Source: Eledone cirrhosa (lineage: Eukaryota). From it: 64,000 nucleotides of DNA. Both the position numbers and the translations under genes were made by a program. Where the stretch lies: NCBI GenBank assembly GCA_964016885.1, contig OZ024741.1, positions 150,970,001-151,034,000 of the forward strand. Reading direction: 5' to 3'. Position 1 is the first letter of the stretch; every line of letters begins with the position of its first letter. Below, one piece after another: positions 27,969 to 43,311 of this stretch. A model generated the notes under the pieces. It saw only the letters and a list, made by a program, of their open reading frames with translations. It searched no databases and was not told where the DNA came from.

Positions 27969-28172
27969 GGAACCAGTAAGACCCCGACGGCTGAGCTCAA
28001 GCCGTTTCGACGGCTAATTCTGGACTAAAGTAGTCCAGAATTAGCCGTCGAAACGGCTTGAGCTCAGCCGTCGGGGTCTTACTGGTTCCTATTACCCACT
28101 CTACTACCCCAAGTATTGAGTACTTTGGTGCGTTATGGTCCACCTGGTTTCTTACCACATTTCCTTCGTTAT
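27966..28172. repeat. Family A fold-back element: perfect 62-bp arms, 3-nt spacer, about 80-bp tail
   Basis: 27966-28027 is the exact reverse complement of 28031-28092. Other family A copies at about 331-504, 638-791, 2731-2906, 4043-4244, 10737-10911, 15845-15984, 36511-36686, 52676-53041 and 62062-62281. Confidence 0.9.
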
Positions 28173-28235
28173 ATATATATATATATATATACAATATATT
28201 AATAAATGAAAACTATATTTATAAAACCATAATTA

Positions 28236-28299
28236 TTTTATTATATATATATTTCAAGGGCGACCAAGGTAAATTATGGTGCGCTTTCATCAGATAAAA
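28236..28299 (-). ncRNA. Hammerhead motif with (AT)n stem III, same family as 58268
   Basis: TTTTAT-CTGATGA-AAGCGCACCA..TGGTCGCCCTT-GAAATATATATATA-ATAAAA. Confidence 0.62.
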
Positions 28300-28414
28300 T
28301 ACAGATTTGTTTTATAAATAAATATTGACATACCCGGAAAAAAGACAACCTCAACGGTTGAAATTATAACAATTTTTTAAGCTAGTTGAATCCCAACAAA
28401 TTAAATATAACCTC

Positions 28415-28453
<39 letters not shown>

Positions 28454-28633
28454 GGATAAATATATATATATATTTATATATATATACATATATATATGTA
28501 AGTATACATATATATATATATATATCTATATATATATAAATGTATAAATATATATATATGCATATGTATATATATATATATATGACGGTGCCCCAGCATG
28601 GTATCAGCCTATCGGGTGGATCACGTAATAGAA

Positions 28634-28687
<54 letters not shown>

Positions 28688-28711
28688 ATATATATATATA
28701 TATTTATACTT

Positions 28712-28749
<38 letters not shown>

Positions 28750-28974
28750 TCATACGTATACATGTATGCATATACATATAAACTCTCACACACACACACA
28801 CTTATATATACACCTATTTACATGAGTTAACTATATGAAAGACAATACTAAGTTGTGTTTTTGACACATGTCTTATTAAGAAAAGTTTTCCCTGTACCAC
28901 TTGCGTCATTTGCCGATACTTCTATACAGATGATGAAATCATATTCTGTGAATAAATACATACTGAGAGAAGAC

Positions 28975-29215
28975 TTATGGCTTAGTGGCTAGGCTTTTCG
29001 ACTCACGGTAGTAACACCGTGAGTTCTATTGCGGGTGACGCATTGTATCTTTGAGCAAGACATTTTATTTTATGTTGCTTCAGTCCACGTAGCTAGTAAA
29101 AATGAGTTGTGCCCGTAATTGAAGGGGTCATCCATGTCAAATATTTGTGTCAAGCTCTCCTTTTACACTACAGTAACGATGCACATGTAGCAGTGGAATA
29201 CCATTAATTTCACGA
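28975..29215 (+). mobile_element. Older tRNA-derived CORE-like SINE
   Basis: A-box TGGCTTAGTGG, degenerate B-box GAGTTCTATT, CORE-like TTGAGCAAGACA..CAGTCCAC..AAAATGAGT. Confidence 0.6.
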
Positions 29216-29747
29216 GTAGTTGTTCCATACGTCCTCGGTACCAACGAAGTTTCAACACTTACTCATATTTACAGAGGAAGGTGTATGGATGATATTGGCA
29301 ACATCAGCAGACGATACAACTGCTGTCAAAGGTTTTGGTTTTGGAGTCAAGTTAGGGAGAAGGAATATACCTAATCGATTATCGGAACAGCCTTCCCATG
29401 AAATTTACATGTGAGCATTCCACAGACACGTGTACCCTTAATGTAATTCTCAAGGAGATTCAATGTGACGCAGTGTGTGAATTACAGCTACAGTCCATCA
29501 GTCAACCAGAGACTATGTTAAATGAGAGTTGTCCACGATGTTACGTTGTTGGATCGAAACCAGGACCTGCTGCCATGCTGCTCCCCAGTAAAATTAGGAA
29601 AGATAAGTAAATATGTTACTTGTTGCTTCGACAGTAATAAGATTCTACTGAGGTGGAGAACAATATAATTATATATATATATATATAGATGTACACTTTA
29701 ACTTAATTGTTTATATATATATATATATATATATTGTGTGTATGTGT

Positions 29748-29818
<71 letters not shown>

Positions 29819-31463
29819 AATCACTACCTCCCTACGGACAACTGACACTGCACACCACGTCCTGATACGGAAGAGCCGAACGCCCACTGTCATCGCCTCC
29901 ATCTCTCTGTATTATTACCAAATGAGGCCCCACGTGCTGGCCGCCCAACGGACCCGGCTGACAGAATGGAGAAGGCGTTTCCCTGGAGGATGGTAAGGGA
30001 GATGCGCTGGAAGAGCCATTCCATCTCGCAAGTTATATACACTTATTTGAATCCTATAAACCTAGAACAATAAGGCGGGGCCTAAGCATGGCCGCAGTTT
30101 AATGAGTGAAAACAGAAAAAAGTAAAAGGTGTATAGTATAGTAAAGTGTCGAATTGATATAATCATTAGATCTCTTGAAGAGGATATTATCTAGGCTATG
30201 TGTGATTTTAGTTCAAATCCCACCCAGGTCCATTATGCCTTTCATTTTATTTAGAGGTCAATGAAATAAAGTACTTCTTAAGGATGATTAGTTGGCGGAA
30301 TTGTTTTTGCCGGCTTTCTGATTTCAAATTCCCCTCTGACCTACTTTAGGTGTTTGACTTAACCCGTCTCTCAGTTTAACATAACCACCTGGCCCTTGGG
30401 TACCTCTAGCTGAATCCACTCTGTTCTTTAGCTTAACAAAAACAGCATCTGGCCCTTGGATATCTTTACCTGAGTCCATTTTATTGTCTAGTTCAACATC
30501 AATACCATCTGGTCCTAGGCTACCTTTAACAGATTCCACTCTGAATCAAACATCCGGAGAAATTTGAGAACATCTTCGCACCAATTCTGACCCTGAAAGG
30601 GGTCATGAGCACTGCCATTCACTACTTGACTAAACAGGAAAATATACTTATATTCTACAACTGTCTTTAGTAATTAGACTGCGGTTATGCTAGGACACCT
30701 CCTTACCCAGTCATATCAATGCAGGTAGACGGCGAATTGGCAAAGTCATTAGAAAGTCGGTTAGAATGTTTTTCGTTTCGGCTCTCTGCTCTCTGAATTC
30801 GAATCCTACTGAGGTCAACTTCGCCTTTCACCCGTTGAAGGTCAATAAAAAAAAAAGAACCAGTCTAGTACTGGGTCGATTTTTCTATATCTCTTTCTCA
30901 CTTCCATTCTCTCACTCTCTATCCTTCATTGGAAGAATTCTGCTGTATTCAGACCTAGAGAGGATACACACAAATACGCACTTACACACAAATACGCACT
31001 TTAAATATATATATTTGTTCTTTAAAATGTTTGCAGCTCAAAACGAAAATTATAATAGCGATGATTATTGGGATGATGATGATGCTGATGAAGATTATGA
31101 TGGTGATGTTGAAAATGATCGTGATATTTTCTAACCTAGATGGTGGTAATAACATCGTTAATAATGACACTAAAATATTTATAGTATCCAATTATTCCGG
31201 TGAAATATTATAAAAAGAAATAAAAAACCAAATGCCTGTTTGGAAAATAGTGTAAGCGATATATATATAGAGAGAGAATAAGGAAAAGCGAAGTAGTTTC
31301 AGATGTTCAAGTCCTTTAATAATAATATTATTAAAGGACTTGAACATCTGAAACTACTTCGCTTTTCCTTATTCGATATTTACTCCGTCACTCCTATGTG
31401 GAAAAAGTACGTTGACTGCTTGAATTGAATTGCATCAATATTTACCCTAATAATAATAATAAT

Positions 31464-31539
<76 letters not shown>

Positions 31540-32085
31540 AGAGAGAGGGAATAAAAAAGAATGGCAGAGAGAGACAGAAATACTATCCTGTATTATTATG
31601 TGTATGAGGCAGCTGGTGTTATTAATAATGTTGTTTAGCCACAGATCACCATTGACCAAACAATAGATATATGGTTTAAGATTGGTCAGCTAAGGTTAAA
31701 GTAGAAGACACTTGCCCAAAGTGCCACGTGGTGGCGAGACGAACTCATTCACCATGCATCTATACCTTTGCCTTTCAGGAGACAGATAGTCAATCTTTCT
31801 TATATTCCTCTATTCCAGTCGTAATTATTTAGCCCCGATCGAAGCGTTCCTGTCAAGACCATCTGTTTTATATATTTCCCACTGTGTGCTTTAAATTCTA
31901 TATAACCTCGTCAGTTGTTTGGTTGTCATTGATAAAGACAGCAATAATCAGAACAAGATGAATAAGAAAGGAGAAAATATCAAATTGTTGAAACCCGTGA
32001 TTTTTGTTGTATACGGTATATATATAGACACAGCAATCTAATACACATAAGCACAGGTATAGAAACCAAATACACATACACACAC

Positions 32086-32237
<152 letters not shown>

Positions 32238-32315
32238 GCAGGCATACATTACTTACATATGCATATATAATCATTTTGATTTCTTATTTTTAAACATTTA
32301 CAAAATGCTTACACA

Positions 32316-32369
<54 letters not shown>

Positions 32370-33995
32370 CATATATATATACATATGCATTTATGGATTT
32401 TGTTTTCAAAATATTTTGCCGAAGGTGTAGTATATGTTATATTATATTACAGTACGTATCAGTGCGTGATATTGAACAGTTTTCTATCGTCTAAATTGAC
32501 ATGAGTGCAAATCAAAAGATACTATATCACCCACAGCGATCACACGGTGAACGCTCTTCTCAAATATATACACCATTATTGACTCCATTTACTCTCGTCT
32601 CAATGTCATCTGAATTGTTGCATTTGTTGTTGTTTAGCCCAAGGTCAGCTCCAATCGATCTGACGTATATTCAAAATTGTTCCAGTCATAACGATCCCGT
32701 CGTTCGCTTTATTTTTCATACATCAATGACTACATTGCAGTCTAATATTTCTTAGCTATTTTTAAAGAGGGGTTATGATTTGGCAGAATTTTGTTGCTAA
32801 TTTTAGTAGATCGAGCAAGCGCATTTTATTTCTTTAATAACTCTACCCTCTCTACTCCTCTCTTCTTTCTCATTCACCCCCGACCTTCTTTGTACTATAT
32901 ATAACCTGTCTTTAATATTTCACTTCTCACCATCTCTCAGTGATTCTAACCATCTCTCATCGACTTCAAAACATTGCAGTAGAGATATCCATTTAATCTT
33001 TCCAACAGTAGCGACAAGCAAATTGAAAAGCCATGAATTGCTCTTCAGTAGGTCCCTGGAATTCAGAGCACTCGGTCGTATTTATTAAAGTGTTATGACA
33101 TGCTTATTATCTCATAAAAGCAATGGCGATGGGCAAAACCCTTTAGAACATTGGGTTCTTCTGGGCTTTCAAATTATTTCACCACAGGAGTCGCCAAACC
33201 TAGATAAATGTTGTGTTCTGTTGTTATTGTTATTGATAAGTAGGGCTTTTTTCTGTGCCGATGATGAGTGTTGCAGTTGTTTAATCAACAGTACAACCTA
33301 CTCATGAAATTTAAGTGCAAGTGATTGAGCATTCCCAAGACACGTGCGCACATTGTGTAGTTCTGAGGGAGATTCAGCGTGTTTCTGTGTGTGTCAATGC
33401 AGCTGGCACTTTTACTTACGAGTACATTTTTTTGCAGCAGAATAAACTGAACGAGCTGTCAGAAATAGATATAACACCATTTTGATGAGGAACCAAATAC
33501 AATATCGAGTAAGTTACACGTCTTCACATATGCTATATACCTGAAATAATATACAAAGAAAACAATATAATGTGTGTAGTTGTATGGTCTCTGATCATAA
33601 TTATGCTCAAATAGGATTGATCAGTGGATAATCAACGGCTACATCAATACGACGTACACTTGACTAGCTTTGGATGCTAATAAAAGTAAAATATATATAT
33701 ATGAAGTTGGCTTTTACAGGGTTAGAACTGTTTCATTCAAAATAAATCATCCTTTTGAATAAAATAGTTCCAGTCCTGTAGAAGCCATTTTTGTATTAAA
33801 CTTGATGTTTTTACTCTACTAATGTATTGAGTACCTTACTAATTGTGGTTACCCCCGATTGAACCCATCTCTCAGACACATACACACACACACACACATA
33901 TATATATATAAGTTGTTTTTCGTTAATTCCTGAGCTGAAATACGATTCTCGGTAATTTATATTTATATATATATATATATGCACACACATGTATG

Positions 33996-34061
<66 letters not shown>

Positions 34062-34408
34062 ATTGGATATATGAGAGGGGTGAACACAGATACAAGTATA
34101 CAGGTGTTCCAATTGCAAACGACCAAGTTAGCTAGGTTGAAAAATAGTAATTTAAAACAATATCGTTTGCCTGACTCGATTTAAAGTAATAAATTAATAA
34201 AAATAACAAACCTATATCGGGCAATAGCCTTTTTTCAACCTAGATAAGTTGGTCATTTGCATTTGGAACACATGTATAGTTATATCTGTGTTCACCCCTC
34301 TCATATATCCAATTATATTACACGGCTCTGAAAGTTTCCCTTCTTTGAGCTATTTAATTGTAAAAGAGTATTTTGAGTTTATAACTCAATCTATGATATA
34401 TATATATA

Positions 34409-34462
<54 letters not shown>

Positions 34463-34469
<7 letters not shown>

Positions 34470-36312
34470 TAGAAAAGATGAATATAAAATGAAAGTACTT
34501 TTATAAAGGAATTTATTAGGTATTGACATATGTTTCTGTAACAGACGGAATACCTATGTATCGCTGCTTGCGTAATCATATAATGTTAGCAAGTATTCGA
34601 TAGCAAATGTATAATCAGTTGTCACTTCTTCAGAGATATTGGATAAATTGGAAAAAATCAGAAAAATCAAAGTATTTATATTAGTTGTAAGAAAGGAAGA
34701 AGAGAAGGGATAGTATATGACAGATGGCAATTCAATTTGCTGGTAAACAAGTATATAGAAGGTTTTTAATGAGAATACAATGAGTATATGGCGTATTTTA
34801 TCTAAATAAGAATTTTTGGGAGTGCCTATTTTAATCTATATTTGACCAGTTGAACAATGGACAGGGCTGGTCGTTTGGTGTAGTAGTATTAATACAGATA
34901 TAAAGTGTCAAGTAAGGAAGAGAGAGATTTTCACTGCTACTGTATAACAACAATGCTGGTAGCCTGCTGGTATGCATTAGGGAATTGAATTAAGAAATCT
35001 CATTTTATCTAGAGCAGTTTATATTAAATGGTAAAGAATAGAAGAGTTGATAGAATTAAGAGTAATAGAGAATGTTAATATGTATTTTGACAATCAAACG
35101 GTGATGGAGACAGGTGTTCAATCCTGGTAGCGTTTGTAATATGAAAATGTAGATTTCAAGCGATGGTTACAGTATAACGATCGCTCTATTCTGTTATTTA
35201 ATAAAATATTTTTGGATTTCATAATACAAAATATTTCCATATAACACAATTTACAAAATTCCTGTTCTTGTAAATATGCAGGGGCAAAGCCATTATATCC
35301 CATTTTAGGTTAAATTGTTGGTTATTTTCGCGCAGCTGCCAAGCATTGTCTGCGAGTGTTGTTACATAATGCTGGTTTTCATGTTTTATCGAGTAACGAT
35401 ATCTATAAAGGCGAGATTTGAAGGAGGTAGCTGTAGACCCCACATAGTACCACTTCTGGCTACCCGATTCGATAGTACATTTGTATATGATGTTGCGTTC
35501 AAGACACTTGTGTACAACGGACACATTCCTGGTTGGACACAGTTACAGTTATAATTATGCGTTGTTGTATTACCATGGATGGGTTGATGAGGTTGCTTAG
35601 GCAGGACGGTATGTTATTTGTTGTTTTGTGTTGTTATAGCCGATGTTTTACGTGTATTGTTATGTGTTGGAAGGCGTTTATACAACCGTTTTGCGTTAAG
35701 CTTTTTTATATGTTGTTCAATATTAGGGGCGGTTGAATATGAAAGTCGAATAGTGTTAGGGTTTAACATTTTATTATATTTATGTGATGTTGGAAAATGT
35801 TTTTTAACTAATCGAAAGAATTGTGAGGGTAGATTGGTTTTAATAGAGTTGTTATAGACCGGGTTGTACCATATATACTCTTTACATCGCCTTCTGTTTG
35901 GTGGTGTGCGACTATTAGTGTGTCTATTGCGGTAGTGTATATATGGTGGTGATTCTATGCTATTATTACCTCTATGAGATTTATTTTGAGTGTTTTGGTG
36001 ATCGTCGACTATATACTCTATATTATATAGGTGTCCAGCCTTCCTAAGTGCTTCATCATAATATTCAGCATGTTTTTTGAAGGTTTGCTGGTTGGACGAC
36101 AGGTGGGAGATTCTAAGGGAAATATTTCTAGGGATGGATTTAATTATAGAGGGGGGATGGTTAGAACCCGTATTTACATATTTAAGGTTCTCATTTAGTT
36201 TATGGAACGGTTTAATCGTTTCTGTATTGAGATTCAAAGTAACATCAAGGAAATTAACCTTTATAAAAGCACTTTCATTTTATATTCAGCTTTTCTACAT
36301 TTTCTCCGGAAT
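34463..36312 (-). mobile_element. 5'-truncated Penelope-like element (RT thumb + GIY-YIG) with inverted 3'-end copy at its 5' junction
   Basis: ORFs 35614-36237 (PFHKLN..YVNTGSNHPPSIIKSIP..WYNPVY) and 35219-35524 (IIYKC..YVGST..FKSR), plus CKLC. 34465-34509 is the near reverse complement of 36259-36303. HHR-like CTGAAGA...GAAACATATGTC on minus at about 34524-34634. Confidence 0.88.
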
Positions 36313-36683
36313 ATGATTTATACTCGTTGAGCAAACCTACGCGTACGCTGTTCATTTTTAACGTGACGATATATTATCACTACATTATTGATAACTTGAA
36401 ATTTTATATATATAAATATATATATATACTGTATATATATATATCTATATCTATATATATATATACATATATATGCACAATGCACACACATGCATGTGAA
36501 GGCATATATATAAGGAACCAGGTGGACCATAACGCACCAGAGTACTCAATAATTAGGGTAGTAGAGTGGGTAATAGGAAAATTTTCAAGACCCCGACGGC
36601 AGAGCTCAAGCCGTTTCGACGGCTATTTCTGGACCAAGAAATAGCCGTCGAAACGGCTTGAGCTCTGCAGTCGGAACATTTTC

Positions 36684-36714
<31 letters not shown>

Positions 36715-36994
36715 CAGATTTATTGGAATATAGGATATGGTAAAGTCAAAATAATAAACATGGTTGTAGAAAAGGCTCGTAACTCTAGGGGCAACTGTAA
36801 ACGAACATCACTGCATCGCATTTTCTATTTAGCTAACCACTGTTTCTGTGTGTGTATCTGTGTGTATGTATATATGTTCGTGTACATGTATATATATGTA
36901 TACACGCACAAATATATGTATATGCGGCGTGTGTATGTGCGGGTATGTAACTTACATACTGAACTACCAGACATAAAAATCTACCTCATAATAG

Positions 36995-38245
<1,251 letters not shown>

Positions 38246-38827
38246 AATGCGTTGATAAATGAATAAATTCTGCCGATATCTCTATTTAGGATGAAGTAAA
38301 ATGTCAGCAGATACAATGAAACAATAGATTAGAACATGCTCATATATATATCGAAATCATTAGTGAAATTTGATGACGTATTGTGATTTGCTTCAAGCTA
38401 TTGGAATTGGAAATATTACAGAAATCTGAAAAGATCTATTCCTCATATTATTTTACCAAATTTGGTTTGTGTAGTAATAGAGCTTTTTTGTCGTCTGTAT
38501 ATTTTCCGAGTTTCTTTTTCTTCTATTTCTGCTATTGTAACAAGAAATATGGTGCTTTAAATGTTTCTTTTCTTTGCACACAGACATGCATTAAGTCTGT
38601 TGTAGACTGGAGAGGTAAAGTGACAAGAATGAATATCATTTTATTCATTATACAACAGATTTACATACTCTTTCTCACATACACATTAACATATACACAA
38701 CCATAAATATGATTTTTCATATATATTTACCAGTTAAGCATACGTCGAGCTATGAAACGAATATGTACAAGCATATTTATTTATGAATTTATATATATAT
38801 ATATATATAATTTGATACACACACATA

Positions 38828-38861
<34 letters not shown>

Positions 38862-38901
38862 AATATACATGTATGTAAATATTTTGATATTGATATATAT
38901 A

Positions 38902-38953
<52 letters not shown>

Positions 38954-39348
38954 TAAATATTTTGATACAGATATGTACATCTATATATATATATATATAT
39001 ATAGATGTACATATCTATATCAAAATATTTACATACATGTATATTTTAAAATAAGGTACATAAAAGATAGTGTAACAAATAAATGGTTTAATAAAACACA
39101 GGCTGAAAAGAAAATAACAAATCAAGTGGGTGTTCACAGGAATCGATGAGAGACGATGTGACCTTTCCTCTGCAATTCATTGGCTGTTGGTATTATTTTG
39201 AGATTTTCCTCGTTTTCTGTTTGTTCCCGTACGACGTCAAATCACATTATATATCTTTATATATATATATATATATTATATATCTTTATATATATATCTT
39301 TATATATATATATATATATACACACATACGCATAAAACTCTCCTATAT

Positions 39349-39389
<41 letters not shown>

Positions 39390-40056
39390 AATATATATAT
39401 ATATATGAGGCTATGTATATTGAACATGCCATATACATAATAAATACATTTCATACACAATTGCACTTAAAAAGGAATCCACTCATATACATACACATAC
39501 AAATGCACACATATACAGAAGACAATATACGCATCCACACATACTTAAGATGATTGATTGTTAGAATAATAAAAAAATACATAGAATTGTAGTTTGTTGC
39601 TGTAACTTTCGTTTATTATCTTCTTTCTCTTCTTCCTATTTTAAGTGCAATTTTTTAAAATGTCGTTATCATCATGATTATTATTGTTATTGTTGTTATA
39701 TAAGTAGTATTGATCATTCAATTTCTTCACAAATCTCTTTAAGTCGTAATGAGTGGTAGGAATATGAGAAATTCGGATGTGGGTATTTGTAGTGGAGTTC
39801 ATGTCTTTGTCAATGTGTGTCATTTATATTGTTCAGTTTAGAGAAATCGTTGGAAAGCAGAGTCGAATTTGAAACCGTTTTCATTTGATGATGGGTAGCT
39901 GGGTATTTGGTTTGCATTAACTGACAACTCAATGTATTATTTAACTGAATATAAACACTGTCTCAGAATACCACACATAAAGGCTACCACGTTTATTTTC
40001 TTGCTTTCTGTTGTTTTGTTGTTATTATGAGGATTCATCTAAATTGACTATACCAG

Positions 40057-41181
40057 TTATACTGGTTGTCGTCGGGTGTCTACACTTAGATGAACGCTTG
40101 TCATGTCTTTGTTATCCGATATATTCGTAGCATAGTTTAAATGGACGACGTCGGGATCTTGCCGAAAACAACGGCATTTTTCAAGTTTGAGCAGTTTGAT
40201 GAATGCATTCCTAAAGTCTCTATTGAAATAAGCATAAATTATAGGATTTAAACAGGAATTGAAATAACCGATCCAGAATAATGTGGAGCTCAGTACTGGG
40301 GGGTAGGGACAAGCTTCTTGGCAGATATTTGTGATTACATACCAAGAGAAAAACGGCATAAAGCATGCAAGAAAGGCTCCCATGATGATTCCCAGCGTTT
40401 TAGCTGCTTTGTGTTCGCGCTTTATACGCTTTCTTTCATTTCTTTGTTCAGACGTGTCTGTATATCGACTTCCGTTTGCCAAGAGACCGCTGTGATAGTT
40501 CGTGTGAAGCATTACCGTTGATTGAATGGCGTGCTCTTGTCTGCGAGCTTCCAAATATATTTTCACATACAAACATACCATTATTGCACCAGGGATCCAA
40601 AACGATACGAAAGACGACATAACAGCGTATTGAGTGTTGACTACGAACGGACATGTGTTGGTTGCGTTGTACAGCTCTAGGACATTTTCTTCGGTTGTAT
40701 AGAGCTGAGAATGAACAGGAATGTAAGATATACACACCGAAGAGACCCACGTGATAACCAGCATCAGTAGAACCCGTACTCTGGTCATATGAGAATCGTA
40801 TTTTAACGGATACATTATAGCTATGTAACGATCCATGCTAATGCAGCAAAGATGTAAAATAGAAGCCGTACTGAAGAGAACATCGTTCGCATTAAATATA
40901 TCACACATAGTACGACCAAAAAACCATTGACCGTTCATTATTTCAATACTAGCGCTAAACGGCATGACCATTAATGCGACCAATAAGTCGGCAAATGCCA
41001 ACGAGACAATGAAATAGTTCGTTAAGACTCGAAGTCGATAGAATTTATATACACTAATGATAACCAGAAAGTTTCCGAAAACAGCGCACACCATTATAGC
41101 AACCATTGCTATGGATCTGCATATGAATAGGAAATTAAGTGAAGATTCCTCTGTAATTGTTTCGTTTCTGAAGTCGGCCAT
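40057..41181 (-). CDS. Class A aminergic GPCR, beta-adrenergic-like octopamine receptor (OctbetaR / Aplysia Ap oa1 type), 374 aa, uninterrupted CDS
   Basis: Seven hydrophobic segments with GN (TM1), SLAFADLLV (TM2), CDIFNANDVLFSTASILHLCCISMDRY (TM3 with Asp3.32 and DRY), SSFVSFWIP (TM5 serines), REHKAAKTLGIIMG (TM6) and WIGYFNSCLNPIIY (TM7). The TM3, TM6 and TM7 motifs match OctbetaR-family receptors. Exact subtype is not resolvable by eye. Confidence 0.93.
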   Translation of the reverse strand: MADFRNETITEESSLNFLFICRSIAMVAIMVCAVFGNFLVIISVYKFYRLRVLTNYFIVSLAFADLLVALMVMPFSASIEIMNGQWFFGRTMCDIFNANDVLFSTASILHLCCISMDRYIAIMYPLKYDSHMTRVRVLLMLVITWVSSVCISYIPVHSQLYTTEENVLELYNATNTCPFVVNTQYAVMSSFVSFWIPGAIMVCLYVKIYLEARRQEHAIQSTVMLHTNYHSGLLANGSRYTDTSEQRNERKRIKREHKAAKTLGIIMGAFLACFMPFFSWYVITNICQEACPYPPVLSSTLFWIGYFNSCLNPIIYAYFNRDFRNAFIKLLKLEKCRCFRQDPDVVHLNYATNISDNKDMTSVHLSVDTRRQPV

Positions 41182-41394
41182 GTTTGTTCAGTTTACAATC
41201 AGATTTATCAATATTTATCAAGGTTCTATAATTCCCGGTGATTTCATACAATTTTATAGTGTTTAATGGTGCAAATTATGTAAAAGCATTTTATTTATAC
41301 TTGATTACTTCGGATGGAATACATACATATATATACACACACACACAGTTATATATATATATCTGTCAGCATTTTCTTTTCCTTTTTACTAATA

Positions 41395-41500
<106 letters not shown>

Positions 41501-43042
41501 GGAGAGAGAGAAAGAAAGAGGAAGAGTGGTTGAGAGAGAAGATAGGTAATATTTTTTCTTCTTTTTTAAATCTAAGTTTTTTTTACCTTTTGTATGTCTC
41601 AAGTATGTTTTCATAAGATATCACGATTGATTGTGTTTTTTTCCTTTAGTAAACAATAAAATTTAAGTTTGCTGTACTTTCATCTACAGTAAAATATAAA
41701 CTGATAGATTCTTCCAAAATAATATAGTTTCTGATTCTCAAAACAATTAATGAGTTAGCAAATCATATTCAGTATGGAACTGTAGATAGTTGAAGAAATG
41801 ACAATGGTGCAGTTTTGTCTTGCAGTTTATGTGCAATTTATTCTTCGTTAACTTCACTGCATGGAAATTTTCAAATAAATAAATATGAAATATTCGCTTC
41901 TATTATATTTTCATAACATATATGGTCTCTAAATTTCAAATATTTTTCAATATCTCAACAATGTATATAAATATATTATATTAAGAACAATATTTATACT
42001 TATTTTCTCGTTGTCCGATTGTTGATAGTTTCCTTTGTTTATGTTTTGCTATTTAATATTATACAACTTTTTGATTTAATCATCCAGTTCTCATGATGAA
42101 TTTACCGCAACATCCAGCCCCTTTCCTCATCGTTTTTTTTTGTGTTTTTTTCAAATGAATTATTGATTTTAGTCCTTGTAATTTTCGAACAGTTCATATA
42201 ACATATCATGAGGCCTATAACATATCATGAGGCCTATAAAATAAGTCTCAAGAACTTGATGCAAATCTTTCCAAAAAAGTGGGCAAAATTATTCAGCCTC
42301 GGTGAAAATCACAAAAACACACAACAATTAAAAGTAGAACATCAGCCTTTGGTTTGTCTGATTATATTATTTCCTCAACATTTATATCGATAATTATAAT
42401 TATAATAGTTGTTGTATTTTGCTACTTTATATTTCCTTTATTTTGATGTTTCACTCCAGTAAAATATAAACTCCACAAAATTCATTAATTCGTCATGTGT
42501 TAGGCATTGGTTTTATTTTGTTACTTTTTCTCTGCAGTATTTCATTATAATCAAATAAAATTGTAATATGTAGATGTAATAAAAAATATCTTCTTCTATA
42601 TTACTTTGGCGACGATAAGAGTGAGAAGATTTCTAATTAAATATATTTATACTCGTTTTGGTTCCTTGTAGCTCTTTATAATTACGCAAACTCATAAATA
42701 CATATATACTATTATATATATATTGATATGTGATTGATATTTTCTTTAATCTTTTAATATATTATTAGAATTCGAAAATAATTTGACCCGATTAGTTTTT
42801 CTATGCATTTAAATCAATAACAACAACAACAACAACATCAATAACAAAAATAACAAGAATAACAGCAACAATAACACAACAGAAAATTTCTACGTATTCT
42901 TTAGATGTTTTAAGCCAAGAACTTTAATGGCGGTATCAGCAATAATACTACCATATTGGTTAGCAACCATTCATTTAACATATAAATCTCTTTTAGGTGG
43001 AGGAACAACGAAATAATCTATATTTGTTATTTATTCCAAGAT

Positions 43043-43311
43043 TCTTATTGGTAGCTATGTAACTCCAAGTCTTATTGGTAGCTATGTAACTCCAAGTCTT
43101 ATTGGTAGCTATGTAACTCCAAGTCTTATTGGTAGCTATTTAACTCCAAGTCTTATTGGTAGCTATGTAACTCCAAGTCTTATTGGTAGCTATTTAACTC
43201 CAAGTCTTATTGGTAGCTATGTAACTCCAAGTCTTATTGGTAGCTATGTAACTCCAAGTCTTATTGGTAGCTATTTAACTCCAAGTCTTATTGGTAGCTA
43301 TGTAACTCCAA
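43043..43311 (+). repeat. 27-bp minisatellite, 10 copies
   Basis: Unit TCTTATTGGTAGCTAT(G/T)TAACTCCAAG. Confidence 0.95.

Noticed and set aside
29960-30030. GC-rich segment with pseudoknot-like pairings (GAGATG/CATCTC, GAATG/CATTC)
   Set aside because: Lacks the P1.1 and J4/2 features of an HDV ribozyme; origin unresolved.
43043-43311. Regular repeat resembling a CRISPR array
   Set aside because: Units are contiguous with no unique spacers, no cas genes, and the context is eukaryotic.
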